Source: Candidatus Thorarchaeota archaeon
Lineage (GTDB): Archaea > Asgardarchaeota > Thorarchaeia > Thorarchaeales > Thorarchaeaceae
Direction of reading: 5' to 3'
Length of the DNA stretch: 55,820 nt
Assembly (NCBI GenBank): GCA_038893995.1
Contig: JAWAQK010000010.1
Location: forward strand, 1 to 55,820
A model generated the notes under the pieces. It saw only the letters and a list, made by a program, of their open reading frames with translations. It did not search any database and was not told where the DNA came from. Shown in pieces: positions 39,720-50,232 of the stretch; the stretch's first letter is position 1, and every line of letters starts with the position of its first letter. Both the position numbers and the translations under genes were made by a program.

Positions 39720-40025
39720 GTGTCCGTCGAGTCGCCGGGAGGACAAGACAACAAGATGCAGATGTTCACCAGAATGCTACGTAGGCAGGGCTTCTATCGA
39801 GTCAAGGGAGCCTCAGAGCCTGTGTTTATGAAACACAATGTGGGGATCGGCGGAGTCTACGTCCGTCTTGATGACAAGAGCGCCTTCGTGACTGTCAGAG
39901 ACCTCGGAATAGAGGAGGAGTTCACGAGGGTCAAACAGCTCGAGGAGTTCATCTCCAGTCTCGACGAGGAAGCGTATCGTAAACGATGCGTGATAGTAAA
40001 CAAGATGCGCGGCGTAGGGTCCTGA
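39720..40025 (+). CDS. small hypothetical protein
   Basis: 101-aa ORF with GGAG RBS and upstream TTTTATA. Composition is protein-like. Confidence 0.65.
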   Translation: MSVESPGGQDNKMQMFTRMLRRQGFYRVKGASEPVFMKHNVGIGGVYVRLDDKSAFVTVRDLGIEEEFTRVKQLEEFISSLDEEAYRKRCVIVNKMRGVGS

Positions 40026-40250
40026 GTGCGCATCCAGATCCTTCTCGTCGTGCCCGCCGTGTCGCTGACTGTTCAGAGTAGCCGTTCACTGGAACTGGAT
40101 TCCTGCAGTTTCCTAGACACGGCGGGCCCATGTTCGCCGAGGATGCACCGTCTATGTATCCCATGAGCCTAACTGTATCGGCAGGTGTTGCATGGACATG
40201 AGACATGCCATGCGAAAATATTGAAGAGCGTGGAAGGACTGGGCTGTCCC

Positions 40251-41468
40251 ATGCAATCTTCAGGTCAGACACGAAGACTGGCCTACAGGGGTATCATCCT
40301 TCTGGGCGCTGTCAGTCTGTTCGGAGACATAGTCTACGAGGGTGGCAGAGGCCTCATTCCTGACTACCTATACGCACTAGGTGCGACAGCTCTTGTCATG
40401 GGACTAGTGAGCGGGACAGGTGAGTTCATGGGATATGCTGTCAGACTGGTCAGCGGTGAGTTGGCTGACCGGACCCGAAGATACTGGGGCCTTATGGTCC
40501 TGGGATACAGTCTCATCGTCTGCATCCCACTTCTGGCCATCTCGTACTCGTGGGCCAGTGCAGCAGCCCTGGTGGTGCTCGAGCGGATCGGGAAGGGTCT
40601 GAGAACTCCATCCAGAGACTCAGTCCTATCAATGGTCAGCAGCGGGGTGGGTCCCGGTAAGGCGTTCGGTATTCACGAGTTTCTCGACCAGATAGGGGCG
40701 ATCGCGGGACCTGCAATGGTCGCATTGCTCATGCTCTATTCGTCGAACAACTACCAATTGACCTTCGCTGTCCTCTTCATTCCATTCCTGGCGCTAGTGG
40801 CTGTGCTGTGGTACACCCGTAGGAGCCTATCACCCGGGAGTCTCTTCCAGCCCACTAGAGGTATCCGTGACGAAACGACCGATGCTACGGCCCGTCTGAA
40901 GGGTCCTTTCTATGTGTACACTCTTGCAGTCGCGCTCAATACAGTTGGTCTCATACCAGCAGCACTGATTCTGTACAGGGCCTCTGTCCTGTTTCAGACA
41001 GCGGGACAGATGTGGATGGTCCCGGTGATCTATGTGATGATCCAGGGGATTGACGCTGTGATTGCACCATTCGCAGGGTCTGCCTTTGATAGGCTAGGCG
41101 TACGGACCCTGTTTGTTCCATTTGCGATCTCTGTCCTTCCGCCACTCATCATGTGGATCGAACCCGATGTCACCGGTGTTGTCCTGGCGGCTATCACATT
41201 TGGGATCGTGCTGGGAATGCAAGAGTCAACCTATCGTGCTGCCATAGCCCTGTACGCACCACTGGAACAGAGGGGAAGGGCCTACGGCATGTTCAATACC
41301 TCATACGGTATAGCGGCCCTCGGAGCAGGCGCAATCTTTGGGATGTTCATCGATACTGCAGTAAGCATCGGGACTGTGCTCATATTTGTCCTATCTCTGC
41401 AGCTCTTGGCCGTGTTGCTGCTGAGGAAGACTGCTGGTCAGTCACGGAGCGCGCAGGTCTCCGAATAG
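40251..41468 (+). CDS. MFS transporter
   Basis: About 12 TM segments, SLFGDIVYEG, SGELADRT, ERIGKGLRTP, RGRAYGMFN. Start at ATG 40251 is likelier than 40185. Confidence 0.9.
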   Translation: MQSSGQTRRLAYRGIILLGAVSLFGDIVYEGGRGLIPDYLYALGATALVMGLVSGTGEFMGYAVRLVSGELADRTRRYWGLMVLGYSLIVCIPLLAISYSWASAAALVVLERIGKGLRTPSRDSVLSMVSSGVGPGKAFGIHEFLDQIGAIAGPAMVALLMLYSSNNYQLTFAVLFIPFLALVAVLWYTRRSLSPGSLFQPTRGIRDETTDATARLKGPFYVYTLAVALNTVGLIPAALILYRASVLFQTAGQMWMVPVIYVMIQGIDAVIAPFAGSAFDRLGVRTLFVPFAISVLPPLIMWIEPDVTGVVLAAITFGIVLGMQESTYRAAIALYAPLEQRGRAYGMFNTSYGIAALGAGAIFGMFIDTAVSIGTVLIFVLSLQLLAVLLLRKTAGQSRSAQVSE

Positions 41469-41684
41469 TAGGTTGGCAGTGGGCTTCATTCAATCTGCGC
41501 ACTCGTCAACATGATAGTCATCTACCTTCGGTATGGGACCTGGGCGCGAGCACCAGCATGACATGATTGACCCTCTTGGTACAGGCTCCATGTGACTCCG
41601 AGAGAACACAACGGAAAATAAGCACCGACAGGACAGTCGCATGGGCACATCCTAGTACATCCAAAGAAAAGGAATATACACTGA

Positions 41685-42638
41685 GTGAAGACCTGTTCAC
41701 CTGACCTTGACAGGAGGTTCGAAACTCTGTCAACCGTGTCCCCGAAGAAGGCAGACGTCACTGCATTCATAGACGATCTCGTAGGCAAGAGCGTACGTGG
41801 GGAGTTCTCCGCGATAGTCGATTCGCTGAGGGGATACTGGGACGACAAGAATGCGCATCCTTGGCACCTGATCTACAGGACCCTGAAGCGAGACAAGGCC
41901 CTTCTCAACGATCGAAAGAGGACCACGGAAATACTCGTGAGACTCCGAGATGCCATATTCTGTGCACTAGATGTGATCTCTCTGAGCCTTTCGCTCGACG
42001 TGTCGGCCTCTGAGATTCTCAGCATTGTATTGTCTGGGGAGAGCTGGACCGACGGTAGAAGACGGGCCCGAGCGCACTGCGCTGAGCTTCTCCGACAGAA
42101 GATCGAGAAGGGGGACACACAACATATTGTACCAGCGGGGCTCATCATAGACGGTCTTGGGTTCCTCGTACTACACCTGAAGAAGGCCGAGCTCAAGGCC
42201 TTTAGAGAGGCGATCCCAAAAGAGAAGGATGGCAAGTACGACTTCAGGGCACTCACAAAGACTCGACACGGACAGGAGGCGATGAGGACGGCAGAAGTCA
42301 CCGAGCTGGTCCTCGAGTCAACTGATCCTCGGGCAGCGGCTCTCATCGATATATGTGAGAAGATGCTGCTGGACCTAGAGCTAGACGCTGATTCACTTCA
42401 CGGACTTCCAGTCGAGACTCTTCAACTTACACTTGACGGCGACGTGATCAACGATTCAGAGAGAGACTTGAAAGTGGGTCCAGCGAGCAGTGCCGGAGAC
42501 TATGAGACAGTGAGATCGCCAGATGTCACGGGAGACAACGACCGGCAGCAGACGCGGCGCAGAAGGAGAAACAGGTCGGCAGAGCCTTCGGAGAAGAGCC
42601 ACACTCAAGGAACCAGCAGCACAGGGGAGGGAGCGTGA
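41685..42638 (+). CDS. hypothetical protein with disordered C-terminal tail
   Basis: 317-aa ORF ending 3 bp before the HEAT gene. Helical core, then a low-complexity tail containing RRRRR. Confidence 0.7.
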   Translation: MKTCSPDLDRRFETLSTVSPKKADVTAFIDDLVGKSVRGEFSAIVDSLRGYWDDKNAHPWHLIYRTLKRDKALLNDRKRTTEILVRLRDAIFCALDVISLSLSLDVSASEILSIVLSGESWTDGRRRARAHCAELLRQKIEKGDTQHIVPAGLIIDGLGFLVLHLKKAELKAFREAIPKEKDGKYDFRALTKTRHGQEAMRTAEVTELVLESTDPRAAALIDICEKMLLDLELDADSLHGLPVETLQLTLDGDVINDSERDLKVGPASSAGDYETVRSPDVTGDNDRQQTRRRRRNRSAEPSEKSHTQGTSSTGEGA

Positions 42639-42641
42639 GAA

Positions 42642-44096
42642 ATGTCCGACACCGATGAACTGGAATCGATCGAGAAGAAATCGCTCGGGGAGATGCGGAT
42701 GATCTCCTCCATGCTCGACTCGTACAGGATGGAGCTCATGTACGCGGCTGCTGGCAAGATGATGTCTCACCCTCAGGGAAGGGCGTTCGTCGCGCGGGCC
42801 CTAGGACTATCGGCATCTCAGGATGCAACGATTCGAAGGGTCGCTCTCAGGACGCTCGCCAGGCAGGCCTTTGGACCATACATAGTTCCCTTCTTCTCCG
42901 CCCTCCAGACAGTCAACCCAGCTGAGAGAGAACAGGTTCTGCAGGTGATAGAGGAAACCATGAGGACAGTGGGGGCACCTACGACCACTGCCGAGCGAGA
43001 CAAGTGGACACGTGCCCTGTTGAAGTTCGTCAGGGAGCATCAGGCAACAGTGATAGGCATACTTGCATGTCTCGGCTCCCAGGCCATGAGGTCAATCGAG
43101 CGCCTGTTCACGGAGCAACCTGATGTCATTGACAAGAGATCGGTCCACAAGGTCATGGAACTGCCTCCCGAGCCCGGGGAGAGGTTGTCCCGGGTTCTTG
43201 CACGTGCTGCCGTGACAAAGAGGAGGGACATCCTGGAGCCCGTCTGTGAGATACTCAACGCAAAGACGGTTCAACTTGTTGCACCCGCACTGAAGAGCGA
43301 CAGATGGGAGGTCCGCGCCCTCGTTGCAAGAGCGGTGGGGCGCGCAGGGATAGTCACTCAGTCAGGGGTGGTCAGTGACATCCTCAGCGACTCTGACTGG
43401 AGAGTGAAACAGACTCTGCTCGAGAACATTGATGTCGAGAAGTCCAAGTTCAGCGCATTGACGAGAGTGTTAGAGATACTCGTCAGTGATTCACACATTC
43501 GGGTACGCAGCTGTGCGGACAGAGTTCTCCTCATCTTGGGTACGAAGCCCTGCATGGGATCGGATGTCGAGACACAACGGGCCCGGCTCATGAAGCGATT
43601 CAGAAAACAGCTACTGAGATCCGCACCCCACAACAAGGACTTGGACACAGATTGGCTAGGCACCGATACAAGTACAGTGAGTCACATACCCTTCATTCCG
43701 GAGGAAGCAGAGGGACCTACCGAAGAGGCCCCTCAGGGAATCAGCCTCGGAGACCTGCTGACCTCAAGAAGACAGGAAGAGGATGACACATCCGAGCGAA
43801 AGAGGCTACTGGCTGCTCTTCTCAGCGAGCGAAGCAAGCTCTTGGCTGCCGAAGCACAGAAGAAAACAGTTGAAACGGTGCAGACTCAAGAGGCAACGCC
43901 CGCGTCGAGAGTCCTTGCGGTCCTCAAGGAGGTCTCCGAGAGCGGCGAGGTCGAGTTGGCATACCTCAAGCAGAGGGCCATGGAGCGCGGCATGACCGCA
44001 GAGGATTTTGATGCCGCAGTAGAGCAACTGGAGAGAGAGGGGATCGTATACCGCTCTGGGAAAGGAGCAGTACGGTATGTCGACCTCCAACTGTGA
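42642..44096 (+). CDS. HEAT-repeat protein with C-terminal winged-helix domain
   Basis: HEAT motifs DATIRRVALRTL, DRWEVRALVARAVG, DSDWRVKQTL, DSHIRVRSCA. C-terminal AMERGMTAEDFDAAVEQLEREGIVYRSGKG. Confidence 0.78.
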   Translation: MSDTDELESIEKKSLGEMRMISSMLDSYRMELMYAAAGKMMSHPQGRAFVARALGLSASQDATIRRVALRTLARQAFGPYIVPFFSALQTVNPAEREQVLQVIEETMRTVGAPTTTAERDKWTRALLKFVREHQATVIGILACLGSQAMRSIERLFTEQPDVIDKRSVHKVMELPPEPGERLSRVLARAAVTKRRDILEPVCEILNAKTVQLVAPALKSDRWEVRALVARAVGRAGIVTQSGVVSDILSDSDWRVKQTLLENIDVEKSKFSALTRVLEILVSDSHIRVRSCADRVLLILGTKPCMGSDVETQRARLMKRFRKQLLRSAPHNKDLDTDWLGTDTSTVSHIPFIPEEAEGPTEEAPQGISLGDLLTSRRQEEDDTSERKRLLAALLSERSKLLAAEAQKKTVETVQTQEATPASRVLAVLKEVSESGEVELAYLKQRAMERGMTAEDFDAAVEQLEREGIVYRSGKGAVRYVDLQL

Positions 44097-44267
44097 CCAG
44101 GGGATTGCCGGAATGAGTCAGGTTGCTGACGACGTAGGGATGAGTGGCTAGGTGTCTGGCTGACACTAGGAAACCCCTGTGATGTGAGGCTGCTATGGCC
44201 AGGACTCGTGACAGCCCAGAACACGGGAGTCATCGCCAGATTCGACCGTTACCTGGACCATATCGAG

Positions 44268-44300
44268 AAAAAGAGGGGGTCAGGGAGATGATCTCCCCGA
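44268..44300 (-). terminator. probable terminator of the 44308..44988 gene
   Basis: On the minus strand a short GGGAGATCATCTCCC hairpin is followed by CCCCCTCTTTTT, just after the stop. Confidence 0.4.
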
Positions 44301-44307
44301 CGTCAGA

Positions 44308-44988
44308 CTATCGCTTCTTACAGACAACAGCCCCAATGATGATGAGAACGACAAATCCCACGGCTATGTACAGGAGATTGCTCATGATCAGGTCCTGTAC
44401 GTCAGACGGGAGGTTCAGGCGTACTGCACTCACGTCGATCAACGTGTGGGTCTCGTTAGTGACGATCATGCGGTACTTCGCGATGAAGCCATCACTCTTC
44501 AGGTATGACGTCTCGACCTGTACGGCGTTATAGAACAGCAGCCCATGAGAGCTGGCGGTCCAGAAGTAGTAGGTCTCTTTCACTGTCAAGTTCTCGGTGA
44601 TGAGGTTGGTCAGCAACTTGGTCAATAGCGTGAAATTGCCCACCGGAACGGCCAGTTTCCCGCCGACCAGGCCAATTCCGATGAACAGGAATGCCAAGAA
44701 GCCGATGCTCGTACCATTGTCGAAGTACGCCCCAAGACTCACTGAGGGGATGTCATTGTAGCTGGTCATGACGTTTGGCAATGCAGGAGGTGCTGCCTCG
44801 ACGTCGAAGTACATTCCCTCATCAATAGGTTCATCGGACTCTGTTCCTGTAGCAGTCAGCCGGAAGCTGAATCTATCGCCACTCTTGATGCCCCATGAGA
44901 GCCCCTGAGATGTGGCCGCCATGACGGGTGTCATCAAGAACATTGCAACCACGAAGGCTGCAGCTAGAAACACGAGCGTGCGTCTCAT
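44308..44988 (-). CDS. secreted, C-terminally membrane-anchored surface protein
   Basis: Signal peptide MRRTLVFLAAAFVVAMFLMTPVMA (ATG 44988), WGIKSGDRFSF start of the mature domain, N-glycosylation sequons, C-terminal TM followed by KKR. Confidence 0.78.
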   Translation of the reverse strand: MRRTLVFLAAAFVVAMFLMTPVMAATSQGLSWGIKSGDRFSFRLTATGTESDEPIDEGMYFDVEAAPPALPNVMTSYNDIPSVSLGAYFDNGTSIGFLAFLFIGIGLVGGKLAVPVGNFTLLTKLLTNLITENLTVKETYYFWTASSHGLLFYNAVQVETSYLKSDGFIAKYRMIVTNETHTLIDVSAVRLNLPSDVQDLIMSNLLYIAVGFVVLIIIGAVVCKKR

Positions 44989-45290
44989 TTCTACACCCTC
45001 TAAGGTGCTTGAGATGGTAGTACCGTGGCCTCTAAAAAGGATTTGCCCGCAGGACCGACAGATTCGTGGCCGCTGACGCATGGGACTCGCCCTGTGCCAA
45101 TCATAGTAGTCCACTCGCAGCGAACATGTGTTGAAACAGGCCGAGCATCAGACTGATCGGCTGAGTATCTCAGAATCGGAGGGAACACGCGAAAGCCTTT
45201 CGTGAGAATGTTCTCGAACACAAGAAGTTCCATACCGAAAAGAATGAGAACGGACTCTGGCTCCAGGAGGTCCAGGAGGCGCATAGGCGA

Positions 45291-46229
45291 ATGTCGCAGG
45301 AGTGGCGTTACTCGGAAGACATCTTCGATGCCCACACTCATGCTGTAGACCTCGATGCACTGGGACTCATGGTCAGAGTCGGCAGTGCGCTGGGAATACG
45401 CCATTCATTGCTCGTGCTGCATGAGGGCTCGGTCAGAGCGGTCAGAGACAGGTATCCTGCGATGTTCGTCTTTGCCCGGCCACTGTATCCGGGCGAGTTG
45501 CTCGATATCTGCAACAGTCCCACGCGGGTCGATGACGTGACTCGTGATGGGTACTCCGTCCTCAAGGTGCACTTTGCTCCATTCTGGATTGACCGCCTCG
45601 AAGACACCGGCGCTGTCCGACCTGTAGATGACCCATCTCTGGACTGCTTCTTCGAGGCAGCGGAATCCGCCAACATCCCTGTCCTGATACATGTGAGTGA
45701 TCCTGACACATACTACAGGTCCCGCTATGCCAACGCTGCTCGGTACGGGACGAAGGACAAGCACATCTCTCAGTTCGAGAGTCGACTCAGCCGCCATCCA
45801 GGACTCACATTCCAGGTCGCTCACTTCTGCGCACAACCTGAGATCGAGAGACTTGACAACCTGGATCGATTAATGCGTAGTTACAACAACCTGTATGTCG
45901 ACACTGGTTCGGCACGCTGGATGGCACGAGAACTGGGCGTGGACCCAGCCCGGGCCCACAACTTCTTTGTGCGACACTCCAGAAGGATACTATTTGGCTC
46001 TGACTGTGTTGCACGTTCAGACGATCCAGAGTACTACAGAGCGCGATACTACAGTGAAAGAATGCTTCTGGAGTCTGACGTAAGGGGCCTTCCGCTCCCG
46101 TTTGTCGATAACGACACTGTCAACGCCGGCGGTACTGTGATCAACGGCCTCGCTCTACCTGACCATGTATTGCGTCAGGTATACTGGGAAAACGCACAGA
46201 GGCTCTATGGTGATGCGCTCGGGACCTGA
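45291..46229 (+). CDS. amidohydrolase-family metal-dependent hydrolase
   Basis: DAHTH, PVLIHVSDP, VAHF, NLYVDT, RILFGSD, WENAQRL. Confidence 0.88.
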   Translation: MSQEWRYSEDIFDAHTHAVDLDALGLMVRVGSALGIRHSLLVLHEGSVRAVRDRYPAMFVFARPLYPGELLDICNSPTRVDDVTRDGYSVLKVHFAPFWIDRLEDTGAVRPVDDPSLDCFFEAAESANIPVLIHVSDPDTYYRSRYANAARYGTKDKHISQFESRLSRHPGLTFQVAHFCAQPEIERLDNLDRLMRSYNNLYVDTGSARWMARELGVDPARAHNFFVRHSRRILFGSDCVARSDDPEYYRARYYSERMLLESDVRGLPLPFVDNDTVNAGGTVINGLALPDHVLRQVYWENAQRLYGDALGT

Positions 46230-46337
46230 TGAGCCTTCTTCAGACATGATTCAGCGAGAGAATCAGGTGTCGCGGTCTTGCGTCACAATCCCGTCCATCG
46301 AAATACACAATAGAGTTTGGACTCATCTTCAATCGAG

Positions 46338-46853
46338 ATGCCACTCACGCCGCTTCATCTTGGTCCTGCTCTGTTACTTGCCGTGATCGTGCGTCGTCGA
46401 TATGAGGGATTCGCTCTCTTGGCTGGCAGTGTGGTCCTTGACATAGAGCCTATTCTTGTCTTCCTCACGAATACCCCAGCGCCGCTGCACGGCATCGCTC
46501 ACACCTATGTCGCAGCTGTAACCATGGGGACCGTGACGGGCATCGTCATCTGGATCCTGAGACCCCTGCTTGACCTGATTCCACTGCCCCGGTCGTTTGC
46601 GTCGGGATCGTCCGTGTGGACCGATTGTGCCGCCGCCATCGTAGGCACATGTTCCCACGTGCTTCTTGATTCCTTCCTCTATCCAGAGATGAATCCGCTC
46701 TTTCCGATCCTGGGAAACCCGTTCCTCGGAATGGTGAGTCACTACAGTCTGTATGTTTACTGTACGTATCTGGGCCTGGCGGGTCTCACACCACTCGTCG
46801 CACTCGCACTAATGGACTCGAGGTCACACAGGGAGAATGACCAACCAGAGTAG
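46338..46853 (+). CDS. membrane-bound metal-dependent hydrolase (YdjM/DUF4184-like)
   Basis: MPLTPLHLGP, DIEP, LHGIAHT, SHVLLDSF, MNPLFP. Confidence 0.8.
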   Translation: MPLTPLHLGPALLLAVIVRRRYEGFALLAGSVVLDIEPILVFLTNTPAPLHGIAHTYVAAVTMGTVTGIVIWILRPLLDLIPLPRSFASGSSVWTDCAAAIVGTCSHVLLDSFLYPEMNPLFPILGNPFLGMVSHYSLYVYCTYLGLAGLTPLVALALMDSRSHRENDQPE

Positions 46854-47275
46854 TCGCCCGTGCTCCAGGCCGAATTAGGTCCCATCCGATGAGTCCTGCA
46901 GCACGGGCAGCAGGTCCAGGAGAGTCTGCTTCTACCAGAAGGACTGAGAGGCCAGCTTCTCCAGTTGTGAATAATATAAGCTATTGAGTATACTATTGCG
47001 ATTACTATAATAAAAGCATTGTCATTCAACACCAGATGGTCCATTGGTTGCAATTTTCACAAAGAGGGGCCGGTCATCGGCCCACCATCAGCACAGACGA
47101 GGAGCAGCTGGTAGAACAGATGACCTGAGATGGGCAGCCAGAGACCTCGAGGACGAACTCTCACATATCTACTAGACATATTGCCGTAGAACATCCAACA
47201 GCAACGCAGAGAAGAAAGAAAGAGAAACAGGAGGGAAGACCTCTTGAAGGAGGCCATCCCTCTGGTTGAGTTGAC

Positions 47276-47632
47276 CTACTTCCCAAAGGCTGCGCGCACA
47301 CCTGGTGTCAGCAGGTAGACGACAATTATCAGGTTGATGATGAGGGATATCGGCTGGATCGGGAAGATGGCCAAGATGATGCCTATGATACCGAATATGA
47401 TACCCAGGATCCAAGCCCAGCCCTTCAGTGTCCAGAAACCGTAGAACAGGATCAGGTTGACTATTCCAACGATCAGAGGAAGGATTGCGAGTACCAAGAG
47501 TACTGGGTCAACCATCAACGCTACCATGAGCACACCAGCGGTGGTAAGAATAGCAAAAAGTCCGCCAAGCAGCTCCAAGATCGCCAGTATTGTCACACCT
47601 AGTGGTCTGTCTGCCAATTGTCTTTCCTCCAT
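47276..47632 (-). CDS. small 4-TM membrane protein (RPxGVTILAIL type)
   Basis: ATG 47632: MEERQLADRPLGVTILAIL...GFWTLKGWAW...YLLTPGVRAAF. Confidence 0.75.
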   Translation of the reverse strand: MEERQLADRPLGVTILAILELLGGLFAILTTAGVLMVALMVDPVLLVLAILPLIVGIVNLILFYGFWTLKGWAWILGIIFGIIGIILAIFPIQPISLIINLIIVVYLLTPGVRAAFGK

Positions 47633-47735
47633 CACACAACCATAGTTGTGTTGAGCTAGACACATCAATAGGTCGATATAAGCTATTCGAATCTCAGGAG
47701 CCTCTGTATTTCGACCTGACCGGCACTGACAAGGA

Positions 47736-48125
47736 CTAGCCATCGGATGCTCTGACGACAGTCGCCTGTGATCTTGACCCCTGGGCCAGCTGGGCCACCG
47801 GAACAAAGCAGCTCTCTCGCCCCAAGTGACATGCCGGTCCTATCTTCCTGACCCGGAAGACAAGCGAATCGTTGTCACAGTCTATGAGGATGTCCACGAC
47901 CTTCTGGATGTGACCCGAAGTCTCGCCCTTCATCATCACTCTGCCAAGAGACCGTCTGTAGAAGTGAGCAAGACCCGTTTCCAATGTCCTCTGCAACGCC
48001 TCCCGATTCACGTAGGCGAGGGTGAGGACGGCCATCGTGGAATCGTCCTGCACCACCACGGGCACCAAGCCACCGCCCTTGTCAAAGTCCACGAGATCGA
48101 GAACACGACTCACGTTCAATGACAA
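47736..48125 (-). CDS. hisI: phosphoribosyl-AMP cyclohydrolase
   Basis: GLVPVVVQD, KGETSGH, DCDNDSL, GPACHLG, SCF. Confidence 0.93.
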   Translation of the reverse strand: MSLNVSRVLDLVDFDKGGGLVPVVVQDDSTMAVLTLAYVNREALQRTLETGLAHFYRRSLGRVMMKGETSGHIQKVVDILIDCDNDSLVFRVRKIGPACHLGRESCFVPVAQLAQGSRSQATVVRASDG

Positions 48126-48895
48126 GGCCTCACTGGCACCCCCATGGAGAGTAAGTATGACTTTACCTCACAGATATCATACTCGCGTAGGTGGAAGATC
48201 GAGGCCGCCAGAGCTGCATCAGCACCTCCAATCGTCAACACATCGAATATGTCTCTCGGGCTACCCGCGCCCCCACTCGCTATTACTGGTACGCCCACAT
48301 TCCTGGTGACCTCCCGAGTCAATGTCAGATCGTATCCGGAACGACTGCCGTCAGAGCCAATAGATGTCAACAGTATCTCACCAGCCCCAAGTCCTGCTGC
48401 CTGGATGCACCAGTCGATCGCATCGAGACCTGTGGGTTCATGTCCTCCAAGAACAAATACTTCCCACCATGGGGCATGGCCCAAGGACGTAGGATGTCTC
48501 AGTGCATCGACCGCGACCACTACGGACTGGCTACCAAACACATCCGCTATTCTGCGAATCAGGCTCGGATCTCTCACGGCAGCGGTATTGATCGCGACCT
48601 TATCAGCGCCATTGGAGAGGACTGACAGGGCGGTCTCGAGAGAGGAAACACCTCCGCCGACGGTGAAGGGGATGTCCAATTCGACCGCGACTCTTCGCAC
48701 AAGGTCAGTCATTGTGGCCCTGGACTCCCTCGATGCAGAGATGTCAAGGAACGCCAGCTCGTCGGCACCCTGTTGAGCGTAAGACCGTGCTAGCTCGACT
48801 GGGTCACCAATAGTCCTTAGATGCCTGAACTCAACGCCCTTCACTACGGCACCGTCCTTAATGTCAAGGCATGGAATGATCCTCTTGCAGAGCAA
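48116..48895 (-). CDS. hisF: imidazole glycerol phosphate synthase cyclase subunit
   Basis: KRIIPCLD, VVKG, GADELAFLDI, PFTVGGG, GAGEILLTS, PVIASGGAG, LAASIFH. Confidence 0.96.
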   Translation of the reverse strand: MLCKRIIPCLDIKDGAVVKGVEFRHLRTIGDPVELARSYAQQGADELAFLDISASRESRATMTDLVRRVAVELDIPFTVGGGVSSLETALSVLSNGADKVAINTAAVRDPSLIRRIADVFGSQSVVVAVDALRHPTSLGHAPWWEVFVLGGHEPTGLDAIDWCIQAAGLGAGEILLTSIGSDGSRSGYDLTLTREVTRNVGVPVIASGGAGSPRDIFDVLTIGGADAALAASIFHLREYDICEVKSYLLSMGVPVRPCH

Positions 48896-48896
48896 C

Positions 48897-49619
48897 TCAA
48901 CATCCCTCCCTCAGGGCACGAGCTGCGTCCTGGAGACAGACTCTGCCCTCGTAGAGTGAACGACCGAGAATCGCTCCGTCAACACCGCATCGATTCAGCA
49001 GTAGAATGTCGTCGATGCTCGAGATGCCGCCTGCTGCATAGAGGGTCCCCCGAGCGATACCACGGATCTCCCTCAGTCCATATAGGTCAGGACCCTTGAG
49101 CATTCCATCCCTCGAGATAGCAGTGGCGACTACTGTCCTGATGCCGAGTTCTGCCATCCGGTCGATGTACCCTGCTAGAGTCGTCATCACTGTGCCGGTC
49201 CAGCCACGGATGTGCAATGTTCCACCGAGATAGTCAACTGCTATGGCGAGGCGATCGGGACCATACTCGCGGACCAATGTGCGCACCGCACACGGATCAG
49301 TCGCGGCAAGAGTCCCCAGGACTACACGTGACACACCTGCTTCCAGGAGAAGGCATGCCTTCTCGCGATCTCGGATACCTCCCGCTGCCTGAATGGGAAT
49401 GTCAAGATCCTGGGCGATCTGAACTACCGATTCGACTGATGGCCTACCACACATCGCAGCACCAAGATCTACTACATGAATGGTGTCAGCGCCCTCCTCA
49501 GCCCACTTTCTAGCCCAGTCCAGTGGGGTACGTCCGTATCTTATGACTGTGTCCAAACGTCCCTGCACCAGACGTACGACGTGCCCATCTAGAATGTCAA
49601 CGGCCGGTACTAGAAGCAT
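48897..49619 (-). CDS. hisA: ProFAR isomerase
   Basis: PAVDILDGHVVRLVQG, HVVDL, GGIR, TAISRDGML, AAGGI, GRSLYEG. Confidence 0.94.
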   Translation of the reverse strand: MLLVPAVDILDGHVVRLVQGRLDTVIRYGRTPLDWARKWAEEGADTIHVVDLGAAMCGRPSVESVVQIAQDLDIPIQAAGGIRDREKACLLLEAGVSRVVLGTLAATDPCAVRTLVREYGPDRLAIAVDYLGGTLHIRGWTGTVMTTLAGYIDRMAELGIRTVVATAISRDGMLKGPDLYGLREIRGIARGTLYAAGGISSIDDILLLNRCGVDGAILGRSLYEGRVCLQDAARALREGC

Positions 49620-49623
49620 CTGG

Positions 49624-50232
49624 TCATCCCCTCACAATTCTGTAGAAGTTCCGGAGAATAGTCTTACCGACCGGACCTGACTTCTCCGGATGAAACTGCG
49701 TGCCATGAATATCACCGCTCCGGATCACCGATACTATGTCGCTCCCGTAATGAGTCACTGCCGATATGACATCCATGTCAAGAGGAGAGACATGATAGGA
49801 GTGGACGAAGTACACGAAAGCGCCATCCTCGACACCCTCGAGCAGAGGTGTGTCGCCGACTATCGATATGCTGTTCCAACCCATGTGAGGTGTCTTCGGC
49901 ACACCACGTATCTTGATGCAGTGCCCTCGGAGCACACCAAGGCCGGGCTCTGTTGACTCCTCGCTGCTCTCAAAGAGAATCTGCATGCCCAGACACACTC
50001 CCAGCACGGGCCGTCCGGACTGAATGATAGACTTGAGGACCCCCTGCAGGGATCGGAGTCGCTGCGAGGCCTGAGTGAAATGCCCGACGCCCGGGATCAC
50101 GACCGCGTCCACATCCTCTATTGGACCTGGGTCCGAAGTTGTCAGGACATCCAGCCCAGCCTTTCGCAGCGCAGACGTCATGCTCATGTTGTTGCTTGCA
50201 CCATAATCCAACACCGCAACCACTGGCATCAC
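49624..50232 (-). CDS. hisH: imidazole glycerol phosphate synthase glutaminase subunit
   Basis: PGVG, GVCLGMQ, PHMGWN, YFVHSY, QFHPEKSG. Confidence 0.95.
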   Translation of the reverse strand: MMPVVAVLDYGASNNMSMTSALRKAGLDVLTTSDPGPIEDVDAVVIPGVGHFTQASQRLRSLQGVLKSIIQSGRPVLGVCLGMQILFESSEESTEPGLGVLRGHCIKIRGVPKTPHMGWNSISIVGDTPLLEGVEDGAFVYFVHSYHVSPLDMDVISAVTHYGSDIVSVIRSGDIHGTQFHPEKSGPVGKTILRNFYRIVRG

